Shown here piece by piece: positions 28,899 to 37,457 of a stretch of 60,975 nucleotides of DNA. Position 1 is the stretch's first letter, and each line of letters begins with the position of its first letter. A program made the translations under genes and the position numbers. Origin of the DNA: Minisyncoccia bacterium. Its GTDB lineage: Bacteria; Patescibacteriota; Minisyncoccia; Phycocordibacterales; UBA5272. The stretch is taken from NCBI GenBank assembly GCA_038326985.1, contig JBBQKQ010000004.1:1-60975 (forward strand), given 5' to 3'. The notes under the pieces are model-generated. The model saw only the letters and a list, made by a program, of their open reading frames with translations, had not been told where the DNA came from and did no database searches.

Positions 28899-30377
28899 CT
28901 AAACCTTAAATTTTTTTCTAATTTCCTTTTTTTTATCTGCCTGTTCTTCTTCTACAAGTTCTTCCCCCTTTTCTGCTAGTTTTAAAAGTTCTTCATTACT
29001 CAGTTTGGCTAATTCTGTTACACGTGAAACAAGTTGGCTCTCCGTATTCATCTCTGGGTTTTCTAAAACTTCGCCCATTAATGCATTTAAAATCAGCCCA
29101 ATTCGCCTTCCAGGTGTTTCACGTGTAACATTTATTATCATTTGCCCATTAATTTTAAGCATTTTTAGGTTCGTAGGCTGAGTCAGAGCCTCTTCAATCA
29201 TTGCAAAATACCTACGCAATCTATGTGGCTCTTCCATAGGGCGTCCACTTCCAATTCTGTCGCAAAAGCGAAGATTCATGAGATGCCAAATATTTTCACG
29301 ACCAACGTTCTCTATCATTCTTCTTACTGCCGACATTGTTACCTGATCTGGATCACTGTTAAACATGTGCCACCTTATTAGTTTTGTTACACGTGAAACA
29401 AGTTCTGGTGGGAATTTTAAACGATTTAAGATTTCACGTGAAACCTTTTCACCTACAACTTCGTGTCCATGAAAGCTATTCCATCCCGTTAATTTATTAA
29501 GTCTGCAAGTATGGGGTTTAGCTATGTCGTGTAAAAGTGCCGCAATTCGCATAGGCAAACCATATTCTTTGTCAGCCGCGTGCTGCATGGACCTTAAAAG
29601 GTGTCCGTAGACGTCGTATTTGTGGTTTGCTGTTTGGCGCATGCCAATGCCAAGCTCAAGCTCTGGGATGGAGTATTTTAACAATCCTGTGTATTGTAAC
29701 GTCAGAAATCCTATCATTGGTGTAGCAGATTCTAAAATTTTGATTAATTCATCACGAATTCTTTCACGTGAAACATTTTCCAGACTATTTGAGTGCTTAA
29801 TAATGCTTTTTTCTGTCCCGCTATCGATTGTAAAACCTAATTGGTTAGCAATTCGTACTGCTCGAAGCATTCTTAAATAATCTTCTGTAAACCTAACATC
29901 AGGATTACCAACAGTTCTAATTAGTTTTAAAGAAATATCTTTTATGCCATCCTGATTGTCTTTTAAAATGTCCTTTATTGGAGAATAAGCTATACTGTTT
30001 ATAGTAAAATCACGTCTTTTAAGATCTTCGTAAATGTCTTTTACAAAGTTTAACTCTTCAGGATGACGTCCGTCTTCATATTTTCCTTCGCTTCTAAAAG
30101 GAGTAACCTCTATGATAAGAGGATTTATGGTTTCATGTGAAACCACTCCAACTGTTCCAAAGCTGTTTTCGTAGTATGTACGTGGAAATATTGCTTGTAT
30201 TTGTTCAGGTAAGGCGTCTGTTGTAATATCCCAGTCTTTTGGCTGTAAATTTAAAATAAGGTCTCTTACTGATCCTCCCACAATCCAGGCTTGGTAACCG
30301 GCTTCTTCTAATCCTAAAATAACATCCATGACCTCTTTTGGTATTTTACTTCTATCAATTCTTGTATCTTGTTTCAT
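28899..30377 (-). CDS. cca: CCA tRNA nucleotidyltransferase with HD domain
   Basis: VGGSVRD, KDWDITT, DLKRRDFTIN, EDYLRMLRA, LLHDIAKP; the tRNAs in this window lack encoded CCA. Confidence 0.9.
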   Translation of the reverse strand: MKQDTRIDRSKIPKEVMDVILGLEEAGYQAWIVGGSVRDLILNLQPKDWDITTDALPEQIQAIFPRTYYENSFGTVGVVSHETINPLIIEVTPFRSEGKYEDGRHPEELNFVKDIYEDLKRRDFTINSIAYSPIKDILKDNQDGIKDISLKLIRTVGNPDVRFTEDYLRMLRAVRIANQLGFTIDSGTEKSIIKHSNSLENVSRERIRDELIKILESATPMIGFLTLQYTGLLKYSIPELELGIGMRQTANHKYDVYGHLLRSMQHAADKEYGLPMRIAALLHDIAKPHTCRLNKLTGWNSFHGHEVVGEKVSREILNRLKFPPELVSRVTKLIRWHMFNSDPDQVTMSAVRRMIENVGRENIWHLMNLRFCDRIGSGRPMEEPHRLRRYFAMIEEALTQPTNLKMLKINGQMIINVTRETPGRRIGLILNALMGEVLENPEMNTESQLVSRVTELAKLSNEELLKLAEKGEELVEEEQADKKKEIRKKFKV

Positions 30378-30385
30378 ATGAAACG
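29016..30385. promoter_or_regulatory. Cluster of seven parS-like palindromes within cca
   Basis: TGTTACACGTGAAACA (29016, 29385), TGTTTCACGTGTAACA (29115), GATTTCACGTGAAACC (29430), TCTTTCACGTGAAACA (29760), GGTTTCATGTGAAACC (30129), TGTTTCATATGAAACG (30370) versus consensus TGTTNCACGTGAAACA. Confidence 0.85.
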
Positions 30386-30406
30386 TTAAATTTAAAGGAT
30401 TTTATG

Positions 30407-30478
30407 TGCACTCATCAGGATTCGAACCTGAACTAACGGTTCCGAAGACCGTTGTGATATCCATTTCACTATGAGTGC
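30407..30478 (-). tRNA. tRNA-Arg(UCG)
   Basis: GCACTCATAGTGAAATGGATATCACAACGGTCT-TCG-GAACCGT...GGTTCGAATCC. Confidence 0.93.
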
Positions 30479-30514
30479 GTAATTATAATTATAGCATAAA
30501 AACTATATTTCTAG

Positions 30515-30585
30515 TGCGGAATACGAGAATCGAACTCGTATCTCATCCTTGGCAAGGACGTATTTTACCACTAAACTAATTCCGC
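30515..30585 (-). tRNA. tRNA-Gly(GCC)
   Basis: GCGGAATTAGTTTAGTGGTAAAATACGTCCTT-GCC-AAGGATG...GTTCGATTC. Confidence 0.93.
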
Positions 30586-30599
30586 ATTCAAAATCTATT

Positions 30600-30790
30600 T
30601 TAGCAGATATGTATAAAAGACACAAGATAAATTATAAAAGACATTTAGTGTTTTTAAAGGACAAATTAAACTAAATTGTGGATAACTTAGGGGATAAGTG
30701 TATAACTATTTGTCTTTTAGTAAGGTTTTATATGTCTTTTACTTCAAATAACCATTACATTTATTAATTTAATGTATACTTATATAAATT
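30600..30790. other. Probable chromosomal replication origin (oriC)
   Basis: DnaA boxes TGTGGATAA 30677, AGGGGATAA 30689, AGTGTATAA 30697 (another perfect box at 31338); AT-rich flank; adjacent parS cluster; local gene orientation switches from - to +. Confidence 0.65.
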
Positions 30791-30806
30791 TTAATACAAC
30801 ATTTAT

Positions 30807-31211
30807 ATGTCCTTTAGCTCATTTTTACACGGAAAATCTGGCTCAAACAACTCAACAGGAGAAATTGGAGAGGATTTTGCATGTGAATACTTAAAAGGTT
30901 TAGGTTATGAGATAAAAGAAAGGGGATATGTTAGTAAACTTGGTGAAATTGATATAATAGCTGAAAAATTAACAAATAAAATTAAAAAAGTTTACTTTTA
31001 TGAGGTAAAGACCTCTGCTAGCGAAAAAATAACTCCCTTTGACAACATGAACTATAACAAAGTGATGCATTTTAAAAGAAACGTTGAAGTTTTTATATTA
31101 AAACATAGGTTTCATGCTCAAAATATAGAATTTTCTATAAACTTTATAGCAGTGTATTTAAACAAAGACAAAACACTAAAAAAAATAGAACTTGTTGAGA
31201 ACTTGGAATAA
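30807..31211 (+). CDS. YraN/UPF0102 family endonuclease-like protein
   Basis: GEIGEDFACEYL, GEIDIIA, FYEVKT. Confidence 0.85.
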   Translation: MSFSSFLHGKSGSNNSTGEIGEDFACEYLKGLGYEIKERGYVSKLGEIDIIAEKLTNKIKKVYFYEVKTSASEKITPFDNMNYNKVMHFKRNVEVFILKHRFHAQNIEFSINFIAVYLNKDKTLKKIELVENLE

Positions 31212-31223
31212 AAAACATTTTTG

Positions 31224-31294
31224 TGCGGCGCTAGGGAATCGAACCCTAATCAACTGCTTGGAAGGCAGCTATTCTACCACTAAACTAGCACCGC
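31224..31294 (-). tRNA. tRNA-Gly(UCC)
   Basis: GCGGTGCTAGTTTAGTGGTAGAATAGCTGCCT-TCC-AAGCAGT...GGTTCGATTCCC. Confidence 0.93.
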
Positions 31295-31388
31295 ATTATT
31301 GGTTATTCTAACACAGAACATAATTATATCAAAATATTGTGGATAAGTATTTGCATATTTAATATTAATGATTATACTTAATTTATAA

Positions 31389-31964
31389 ATGGGAAAATTA
31401 AAAAAAGCACTAGACAAAGTTAAGGTTGAGGAAGTTGATTTTGAAGTGAATAGTTTTTTATTTAATAATGTTGAAATTGATGAGGTGCAAATAGTAAATG
31501 AAGATGCACCTATTATCCCTTTAAAAAAAGCCAGAAAACAAAGAGTAAGTAAAACTAAACTTATAGCACCAATTTCTAAAATTAGTAAAAAAACTAAAGC
31601 GCCAAAAAAATCTGGGTATATCAAAAATGTTTTAAGCTTCTTCCAAAACTATAGAAGGCAATTTGCCACAGTGTCGCTTGTAGCTTTTGCAGTTGTTGTT
31701 GTTTCTCTCACTTCTTACGCTGCTTATTCCTCAATTACCCTTTCAAATTCAGACATTTTAGGCAAAGTGGGTTCGCATGTAGTGCTACCAAGTGGGACTC
31801 CTAAGGTGTATATTGTCCAAAGTGAGCAAAGTGAATTTCTTAAAAACCCTTTGTTTAGAGATGTGCGAGTTGGGGACAATATTTTGAACTATGAAAATGC
31901 AGGGAGGGTAATAATATATAGAAGCAAAGAAGACAGAGTAGTAAATATTGTAAACACCAAATAA
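31389..31964 (+). CDS. Single-TM hypothetical protein
   Basis: 191-aa ORF, basic N-terminus, TM helix, small C-domain (LP...NPLF..VRVGD...IYR). Confidence 0.75.
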   Translation: MGKLKKALDKVKVEEVDFEVNSFLFNNVEIDEVQIVNEDAPIIPLKKARKQRVSKTKLIAPISKISKKTKAPKKSGYIKNVLSFFQNYRRQFATVSLVAFAVVVVSLTSYAAYSSITLSNSDILGKVGSHVVLPSGTPKVYIVQSEQSEFLKNPLFRDVRVGDNILNYENAGRVIIYRSKEDRVVNIVNTK

Positions 31965-32065
31965 GTGTGGTATAATGCGAGAATATTATAAAGTAAAACT
32001 TATAATTATTAACAGTTAAGACATAATTAGTATTCGAGAAGTTCTCGGAGAAACAAATATTCAAT

Positions 32066-32533
32066 ATGCGAAGAAAAGTAAAAAATCGAAATTTAGTGGA
32101 GGCAGATCAAAAGTACGAGTCAAAAGAAATTAGTAAATTTATCAACTATGTTATGTGGGGAGGTAAAAAGAGTATTGCTGAGTCTATTGTTTACGGAGCT
32201 CTTGAAGGAGCTGCAGCAAAGTCTAACGTACCAGTAAACGACCTCTTTAATAAAGTGCTTGAGAACGTTTCACCAGTAATGGAGATAAGAGCACGCCGAA
32301 TTGGTGGAGCAAACTACCAAGTTCCAAGAGAAGTTCGACCTGAAAGAAGGGTTCAACTGGCACTTAGATGGATAATTGATGCTTCTCGTGCTAAAAAAGG
32401 TAAGCCAATGAACGCAAAACTTGAAGAAGAGCTAGTTTTAGCCTTTAAAAGTGAGGGCTCAGCTGTAAAAAAGAAAGAAGAAACACACAGAATGGCAGAA
32501 GCAAATAAAGCATTTGCTCACTTCGCTTGGTAA
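32066..32533 (+). CDS. rpsG: 30S ribosomal protein S7
   Basis: KFINYVMWGGKKS, RRIGGANYQVP, HRMAEANKAFAHF. Confidence 0.97.
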   Translation: MRRKVKNRNLVEADQKYESKEISKFINYVMWGGKKSIAESIVYGALEGAAAKSNVPVNDLFNKVLENVSPVMEIRARRIGGANYQVPREVRPERRVQLALRWIIDASRAKKGKPMNAKLEEELVLAFKSEGSAVKKKEETHRMAEANKAFAHFAW

Positions 32534-32673
32534 AAAAGTATTATACAAGCTGATTAAAAATTTAAAAAATACAATCTAACAATTGTGTGTTTTAATTTTG
32601 TGTTTAGAAATATATAATTAGTTATCCCCAAATAAAAATTGCAAATTTAATATAAGTGAACTATAATATAGAT

Positions 32674-32937
32674 ATGAAAAAAATATCATTAATATTTCTT
32701 AGTCTACCATTTATGGTTATTGGTCTAGCTTTAAATATTTACTCTTCATTCAATGAGAAAATATTTGGTGAAATATTAATTGGTAAAGTTTACGCAGATG
32801 TTCCGATTTCAAATGAGGTTATAGGAAGTGTTACTACAACTGAAGGGCAAGGGCAAGGGCAAGGGGAAGGGGAAGGGGAAGGGCAAGGGCAAGGTTGTCA
32901 AGGAGAAGGACAAGGCACAGGTATGTCATGTAGTTAA
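32674..32937 (+). CDS. Candidate RiPP precursor: hydrophobic leader, VYA|DVP site, (E/Q-G)n Cys-containing core
   Basis: 87 aa from ATG 32674 (TATAAT 6 nt upstream); tail EGQGQGQGEGEGEGQGQGCQGEGQGTGMSCS; first gene of the YcaO-containing block. Confidence 0.7.
   Translation: MKKISLIFLSLPFMVIGLALNIYSSFNEKIFGEILIGKVYADVPISNEVIGSVTTTEGQGQGQGEGEGEGQGQGCQGEGQGTGMSCS
32842..32895 (+). repeat. Hexanucleotide tandem repeat (G/C)AAGGG
   Basis: 8 perfect units plus CAAGGT, encoding E/Q-G dipeptides. Confidence 0.9.
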
Positions 32938-32949
32938 GTTATATAATTT

Positions 32950-33954
32950 ATGCTAAAAAATATTTCAATAATTATTCTAATACTAACAGTTTCCATAGGA
33001 GGGTACTTTATTTATGAAAAATCTGTTTATTCAAAAAAATTAGATGAAACGCAAAAAAAAACTACAATTGCAAAATTAAAAAGTGATCCAATTGTTGCTC
33101 AATTAATAAATTCAGCTGATAAAAATGGTGGACAAGCAGTATATGAACAACTTGATAAAGCTTCTTCACAAGAAAGTGAAACAAATAAAAAACAAGTTTT
33201 AATGCTATACGCCGCATATGCACTTATGCAATCTGATCAAATTGAAGGTGCAAAATATTATACTAAAATTGTCAATAATTCCGAATTTTCAGCTTTGAAT
33301 AGAGCCTATGCTATGATTAAAATTCGTTCTTTTGCCGCCAAAGATTCGAATCCTTCAATGGTTTCAGGACTTTTCCCAAACAATACTTTACCAAAGGTGA
33401 AGACTAATGCAGAAATTTATTATTTAGTTGATAAAAAAACATATGAAACTTATCCATATTTAATTTCAGGAATTAGGATTGCAGAATATGAATATAAAAT
33501 TAAACCTTCAACTTCAACTGCAGAAAAAGTTTTAGATAAATATATAAATAATCCACAAAATATAAGTATTGAAGGAATGTTAAAGGATGAAGGGCTTAGA
33601 AATCTAATTCCAAATACGCTTTTAGCAAAAGGAAAATTCTTATCGCAGATTGAAAAATATGGTTACTCAAATAAAGAAGATATCTATAATACTTACAACG
33701 ACGCATTAAAATACGTTGACCTGTATGGCTACACTGATACGAAAGGTTATATATGCTTGAGATATGCAAATTATTTATTAAAAAATAATGAAACAGAAAA
33801 AGCAATTTTTATTCTTAAAAAAGTTGATTTTACGTCTGATAAAAATTTAGTCAAATACTTAAATAACAGTAAAACAGCAAAAGCTGATTATACCTACATT
33901 TCAAAATCTAAAAATAAAGATATTATTGCAATTTTTGCTCCATTTAAATGGTAA
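32950..33954 (+). CDS. Membrane-anchored alpha-helical (TPR-like) protein
   Basis: N-terminal TM helix; A/Y/L-patterned helices such as YANYLLKNNETEKAIFILKK. Confidence 0.6.
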   Translation: MLKNISIIILILTVSIGGYFIYEKSVYSKKLDETQKKTTIAKLKSDPIVAQLINSADKNGGQAVYEQLDKASSQESETNKKQVLMLYAAYALMQSDQIEGAKYYTKIVNNSEFSALNRAYAMIKIRSFAAKDSNPSMVSGLFPNNTLPKVKTNAEIYYLVDKKTYETYPYLISGIRIAEYEYKIKPSTSTAEKVLDKYINNPQNISIEGMLKDEGLRNLIPNTLLAKGKFLSQIEKYGYSNKEDIYNTYNDALKYVDLYGYTDTKGYICLRYANYLLKNNETEKAIFILKKVDFTSDKNLVKYLNNSKTAKADYTYISKSKNKDIIAIFAPFKW

Positions 33955-33964
33955 TCTAAACAAT

Positions 33965-34519
33965 ATGAAGTATTTTAAAAAAGAGTATGTATACTTTATC
34001 CTCATAGGATTAATTGTTGGTGTTTTAACAACACTTTCTCTCCGAGCATTAAAATATTCAGAATATATAAATCCAAATATTAATGATATAGACCCAAACT
34101 TTGCTCATAAAAATATAACTACCGACCCTAAAAAGTATGTATTTATCGACGTAAGAAGTGAATATGAGTACAAACAAGCTCATGCGGAAGGATCCATAAA
34201 TTTACCTATTCATTATTTGTACGACGACACTCATGGTCTTAAAAACGAGAAGGGTATACCTATTCCAAAAAACACTGACCAAACAATATACTTAATATGT
34301 TCTGGTGGAAGGTTGGCTGGAGTTGCTTATGGATATTTAGAACATTATGGATTTAGAAATATTCAAAGAATAGAGGGGGGTATAAAACATTGGAACGAAG
34401 AGGGATTACCAATAATTACTAGAGATGTTTTTGATGGTTTTAAAGAGAAAAGTTTTAATGCAGCTTCTTCCACTCAACTTGATAAAACTTTGAATATACC
34501 CCCTAGCCCGAATAAATAA
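33965..34519 (+). CDS. Membrane-anchored rhodanese-domain protein
   Basis: IDVRSEYEYKQAHAEGSINLP, active-site CSGGRLA, IEGGIKHW; N-terminal TM helix. Confidence 0.9.
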   Translation: MKYFKKEYVYFILIGLIVGVLTTLSLRALKYSEYINPNINDIDPNFAHKNITTDPKKYVFIDVRSEYEYKQAHAEGSINLPIHYLYDDTHGLKNEKGIPIPKNTDQTIYLICSGGRLAGVAYGYLEHYGFRNIQRIEGGIKHWNEEGLPIITRDVFDGFKEKSFNAASSTQLDKTLNIPPSPNK

Positions 34520-34521
34520 AT

Positions 34522-35193
34522 ATGAAAAATAAATATATATTTCCATACATTATTTTTATGTCTTTCCTATTGGCTATTTTTCTACTTATTTATAAAATTA
34601 AAATTAATAATAATGTTCGTACTAAAGAGTACATGAAACAAACAAAATTAGAAAATAGCTTAAAACTCAGTTCAAGTGACCATATTAAATCAACGTCAAC
34701 TTCTCCCTATACATTAATAGAGTATTTTGACTTTAATTGTATATATTGTTATAAACTTCATGTAGAAGCAAAAAAACAAAACCTTGACTATTTTAAAATA
34801 AATTATGTACAAAGAATTTTCCCAAAACTTGAAAAAGAAGATTCTTTTTATAAAGCACAGATGGGGGAGTGTGTGTATAATCAGTCAGGAGATGATGGGT
34901 ATTTTAAATACATTGATGATTATTTTAATAATTGGAACTTTAGAACTGATAATAAAAAAGTTATTAAAATTGCTGAAAAATATGTGCAAGATAAAGGTAA
35001 ATTTTATGATTGTGTAGATAGCGACCAAAGTGTTAAAAAGAAGATAGAAACAGCTTATAATAATGGTTTAATAGATAATATAGATTATATACCAACATTT
35101 TTAGTTTATAAAAATAGTGAATTTGTAAATAAATATCAACTTGTAGGTGGAAGTTTTGGAGTGAAAATAATCGAAAGTTTTTTGATTAAATAA
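34522..35193 (+). CDS. Membrane-anchored DsbA/thioredoxin-fold protein
   Basis: IEYFDFNCIYC and cis-Pro loop YIPTF; N-terminal TM helix. Confidence 0.88.
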   Translation: MKNKYIFPYIIFMSFLLAIFLLIYKIKINNNVRTKEYMKQTKLENSLKLSSSDHIKSTSTSPYTLIEYFDFNCIYCYKLHVEAKKQNLDYFKINYVQRIFPKLEKEDSFYKAQMGECVYNQSGDDGYFKYIDDYFNNWNFRTDNKKVIKIAEKYVQDKGKFYDCVDSDQSVKKKIETAYNNGLIDNIDYIPTFLVYKNSEFVNKYQLVGGSFGVKIIESFLIK

Positions 35194-35692
35194 AAATTGC
35201 CGCACCCCAAGCTTGGAGCACGGCAATTATCTTCTGTCCTGAACAGGACATTTTACCGACGGTAGGAGTGGTACGACTCACTTCCGTTGGTGTACGTCAC
35301 CACGTAGCTGATCGTTTCCCTTTCAGGGTTGCCCGACATTACTACGTAAGCACCCTGCACAGGGCTGGCACATCGTTGACGCGGTGCCGGCACGTTGGCA
35401 GGAACCAGGCGCAGTGTAGTAGAATCTGGACCAGAAGACAGGCGGACCGACATTGGAGTCGCTATTGCGACGCAGTTGTCGGCCCAATAAACTCCATGGA
35501 TGGTGCCTACTGGTCTTTGGGTGATGGTGTTGGAACCAACCGTCACACAGCCCATGAGGAGCGGGAGGGCGAGGAAGAGTGATGCCACAGCCATTTTGAG
35601 TTCGTTCATATCACGTTTTCTCCACATTTTCAGGATGGGAAATCCACCTGATGTGCTAGTATTTTATCATAAACCAAAGTTTTGTCAAGTAA
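35192..35692 (-). repeat. 501-bp high-GC cassette, copy 1 (promoter + lipoprotein gene + terminator)
   Basis: Direct repeat of 39542-40042; about 17 substitutions by manual count, no indels. Confidence 0.95.
35253..35609 (-). CDS. Small lipoprotein, copy 1
   Basis: MNELKMAVASLFLALPLLMG|C lipobox-like site; two more Cys; TTGACA-N16-TAAAAT promoter and GGAGA upstream; hairpins downstream. Confidence 0.8.
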   Translation of the reverse strand: MNELKMAVASLFLALPLLMGCVTVGSNTITQRPVGTIHGVYWADNCVAIATPMSVRLSSGPDSTTLRLVPANVPAPRQRCASPVQGAYVVMSGNPERETISYVVTYTNGSESYHSYRR

Positions 35693-35738
35693 CCAAGGTA
35701 ATCTTTAAAGACAATGGCACTTTTAGTACACTTAATAA

Positions 35739-35995
35739 ATGACTATTAAAATGTCAAACAATATACAAGAAGGAAGACTTAGATTGATACTCCCTGTTCT
35801 AAACAAGAGTTGAAGATCAAAAAAGTGCTAAAAATATGTAAATATGGAGAAAGGATAATTAAGAGATGATTAGCAAATTACAAAGAGAAAGGCAAAGACT
35901 GTTTAATTCCATTATCTTCTTGGCATAAAACACATCTAAAAGAAACAAAAATTTCAATTAAAGAAATTATAATTGCAAAAGAAAAGAGAATAAAT
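35739..35995 (+). pseudogene. Degraded N-terminus of an IS481-like transposase
   Basis: MSNNIQEGRLRLILPVLN /frameshift/ ELKIKKVLKICKYGERIIKR*LANYKEKGKDCLIPLS: HTH-transposase pattern (RW...Y...G...L.P.S); no catalytic domain follows. Confidence 0.55.
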
Positions 35996-36043
35996 ACAAT
36001 AACTTCTCTTTTTATGGTATTTTGATATAATTAAACTAATTAC

Positions 36044-36772
36044 ATGCAATCTAAAAATGTATTTGTCACAGGTGGGATGTCAGAAATAGGATCAGAAATT
36101 TGCAAAGTTTTAGCAAAAAATAATTATAATATTTACTTTCAATATTTTTCTAAAAATAATATGGAAGTTCAAAACTTTATTGATATGATCAAAATTGACC
36201 AAGTCAATTGTTTTGGCATTAAGGCTGATTTTACAAATTTGAAAGATATAGATTTTTTAATTCAGTTTATTCTAAATCTAGATATAAAAATTGATCATTT
36301 TATAAATTGTGCCGGAACACATGAAAAATTTTTACAAAATTATGATGAAATGGAAATATTTAATTATGTATATAGTGTAAATATTTTTGCACCAATATAT
36401 ATACTCAAGAAGATTAAATCAATTTTTACCAACAATAAAAATTCTTCTATTATTTTAATTTCTTCAATTTATGTTAAAAATCTTAAAAATCTTAAAAATA
36501 TCTTTTATGCTTCAAGTAAGAATAATCTTCTATATATTTCAAAAGTATTAAGTAAGGAATTTTTTCCAATTAGGTCAAATGTTATTATCCCAGGCTTTGT
36601 AGACACAAAGTTTTTTAGATTTGGCAAAACTGAAGATGAGATAATTAAGATTAAAAATACTACCTCTACTAAAGAATTGGTTACACCAAAAAAAGTAGCA
36701 GAATCAGTTTTAAAAGCAGTGCTTGATAATAAGATGAACAATCAAGAAATAATTGTTGAAAGTAATTTATGA
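36044..36772 (+). CDS. Short-chain dehydrogenase/reductase
   Basis: VTGGMSEIG, INCAG, YASSK, PGFVDT. Confidence 0.9.
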   Translation: MQSKNVFVTGGMSEIGSEICKVLAKNNYNIYFQYFSKNNMEVQNFIDMIKIDQVNCFGIKADFTNLKDIDFLIQFILNLDIKIDHFINCAGTHEKFLQNYDEMEIFNYVYSVNIFAPIYILKKIKSIFTNNKNSSIILISSIYVKNLKNLKNIFYASSKNNLLYISKVLSKEFFPIRSNVIIPGFVDTKFFRFGKTEDEIIKIKNTTSTKELVTPKKVAESVLKAVLDNKMNNQEIIVESNL

Positions 36773-36776
36773 TATA

Positions 36777-37457
36777 ATGATTGATAATATGACAGGTTCT
36801 ATAATTCTTGCTGCTGGTTCTGGGACGAGGTTTGGAAAAGATAAGACTAAACTCAAACTATTTGGAAAAGACCTAATAACTCACTTTGCTGAAAAATTAT
36901 CTGGAATAAAGGAAATATCTTATCTTGTATTCGTGGTAAAAGAGAAGGACGTCAAACTGACCCTTAAAAAACTTAATAAATTAAAAATAAATAAAAATTT
37001 TTTTGTTATTTTTGGTGGTGTCACCAGGTCAGAGAGTATTATGAACTCACTAAATTTCATCAAAATCAATATGCCTCAAACTAAAAATGTTTTAATAAAC
37101 AATATTGTCAATCCTGTTTTTGAAAATAAAGATATTAAAAAACTCTATAAAGAAATTTTTAAGAAAAATACTTCAGGAGCTATATTGGGGTACCCGATAA
37201 CAGATTCAATTGGTTATCTTTCTCATAATGGATATTCCAGAATTGAAAGATCTAACCTATGGTCGTTTCAAACACCTCATTTGTATAATTTTAAAATACT
37301 TTATAATTGCTTTACTAAATTTATGAAAAAACCTATTGAAGGATACGATGCTGCAGAAATATGTATTATGATGGGTGAAAAAATATCAATTGTCGAGGGC
37401 AGTAGACTAAATATAAAAATAACTTATAAAGAAGATTTAAAATATATAAAATTATGA
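36777..37457 (+). CDS. IspD/TarI-family cytidylyltransferase
   Basis: IILAAGSGTRFG..K, GGVTRSES, FQTP, NIKITYKEDL. Confidence 0.88.
   Translation: MIDNMTGSIILAAGSGTRFGKDKTKLKLFGKDLITHFAEKLSGIKEISYLVFVVKEKDVKLTLKKLNKLKINKNFFVIFGGVTRSESIMNSLNFIKINMPQTKNVLINNIVNPVFENKDIKKLYKEIFKKNTSGAILGYPITDSIGYLSHNGYSRIERSNLWSFQTPHLYNFKILYNCFTKFMKKPIEGYDAAEICIMMGEKISIVEGSRLNIKITYKEDLKYIKL

Noticed and set aside
36777-37457. MEP-pathway ispD
   Set aside because: Context (SDR and TagF-like neighbours, no ispF) fits CDP-polyol synthesis better.
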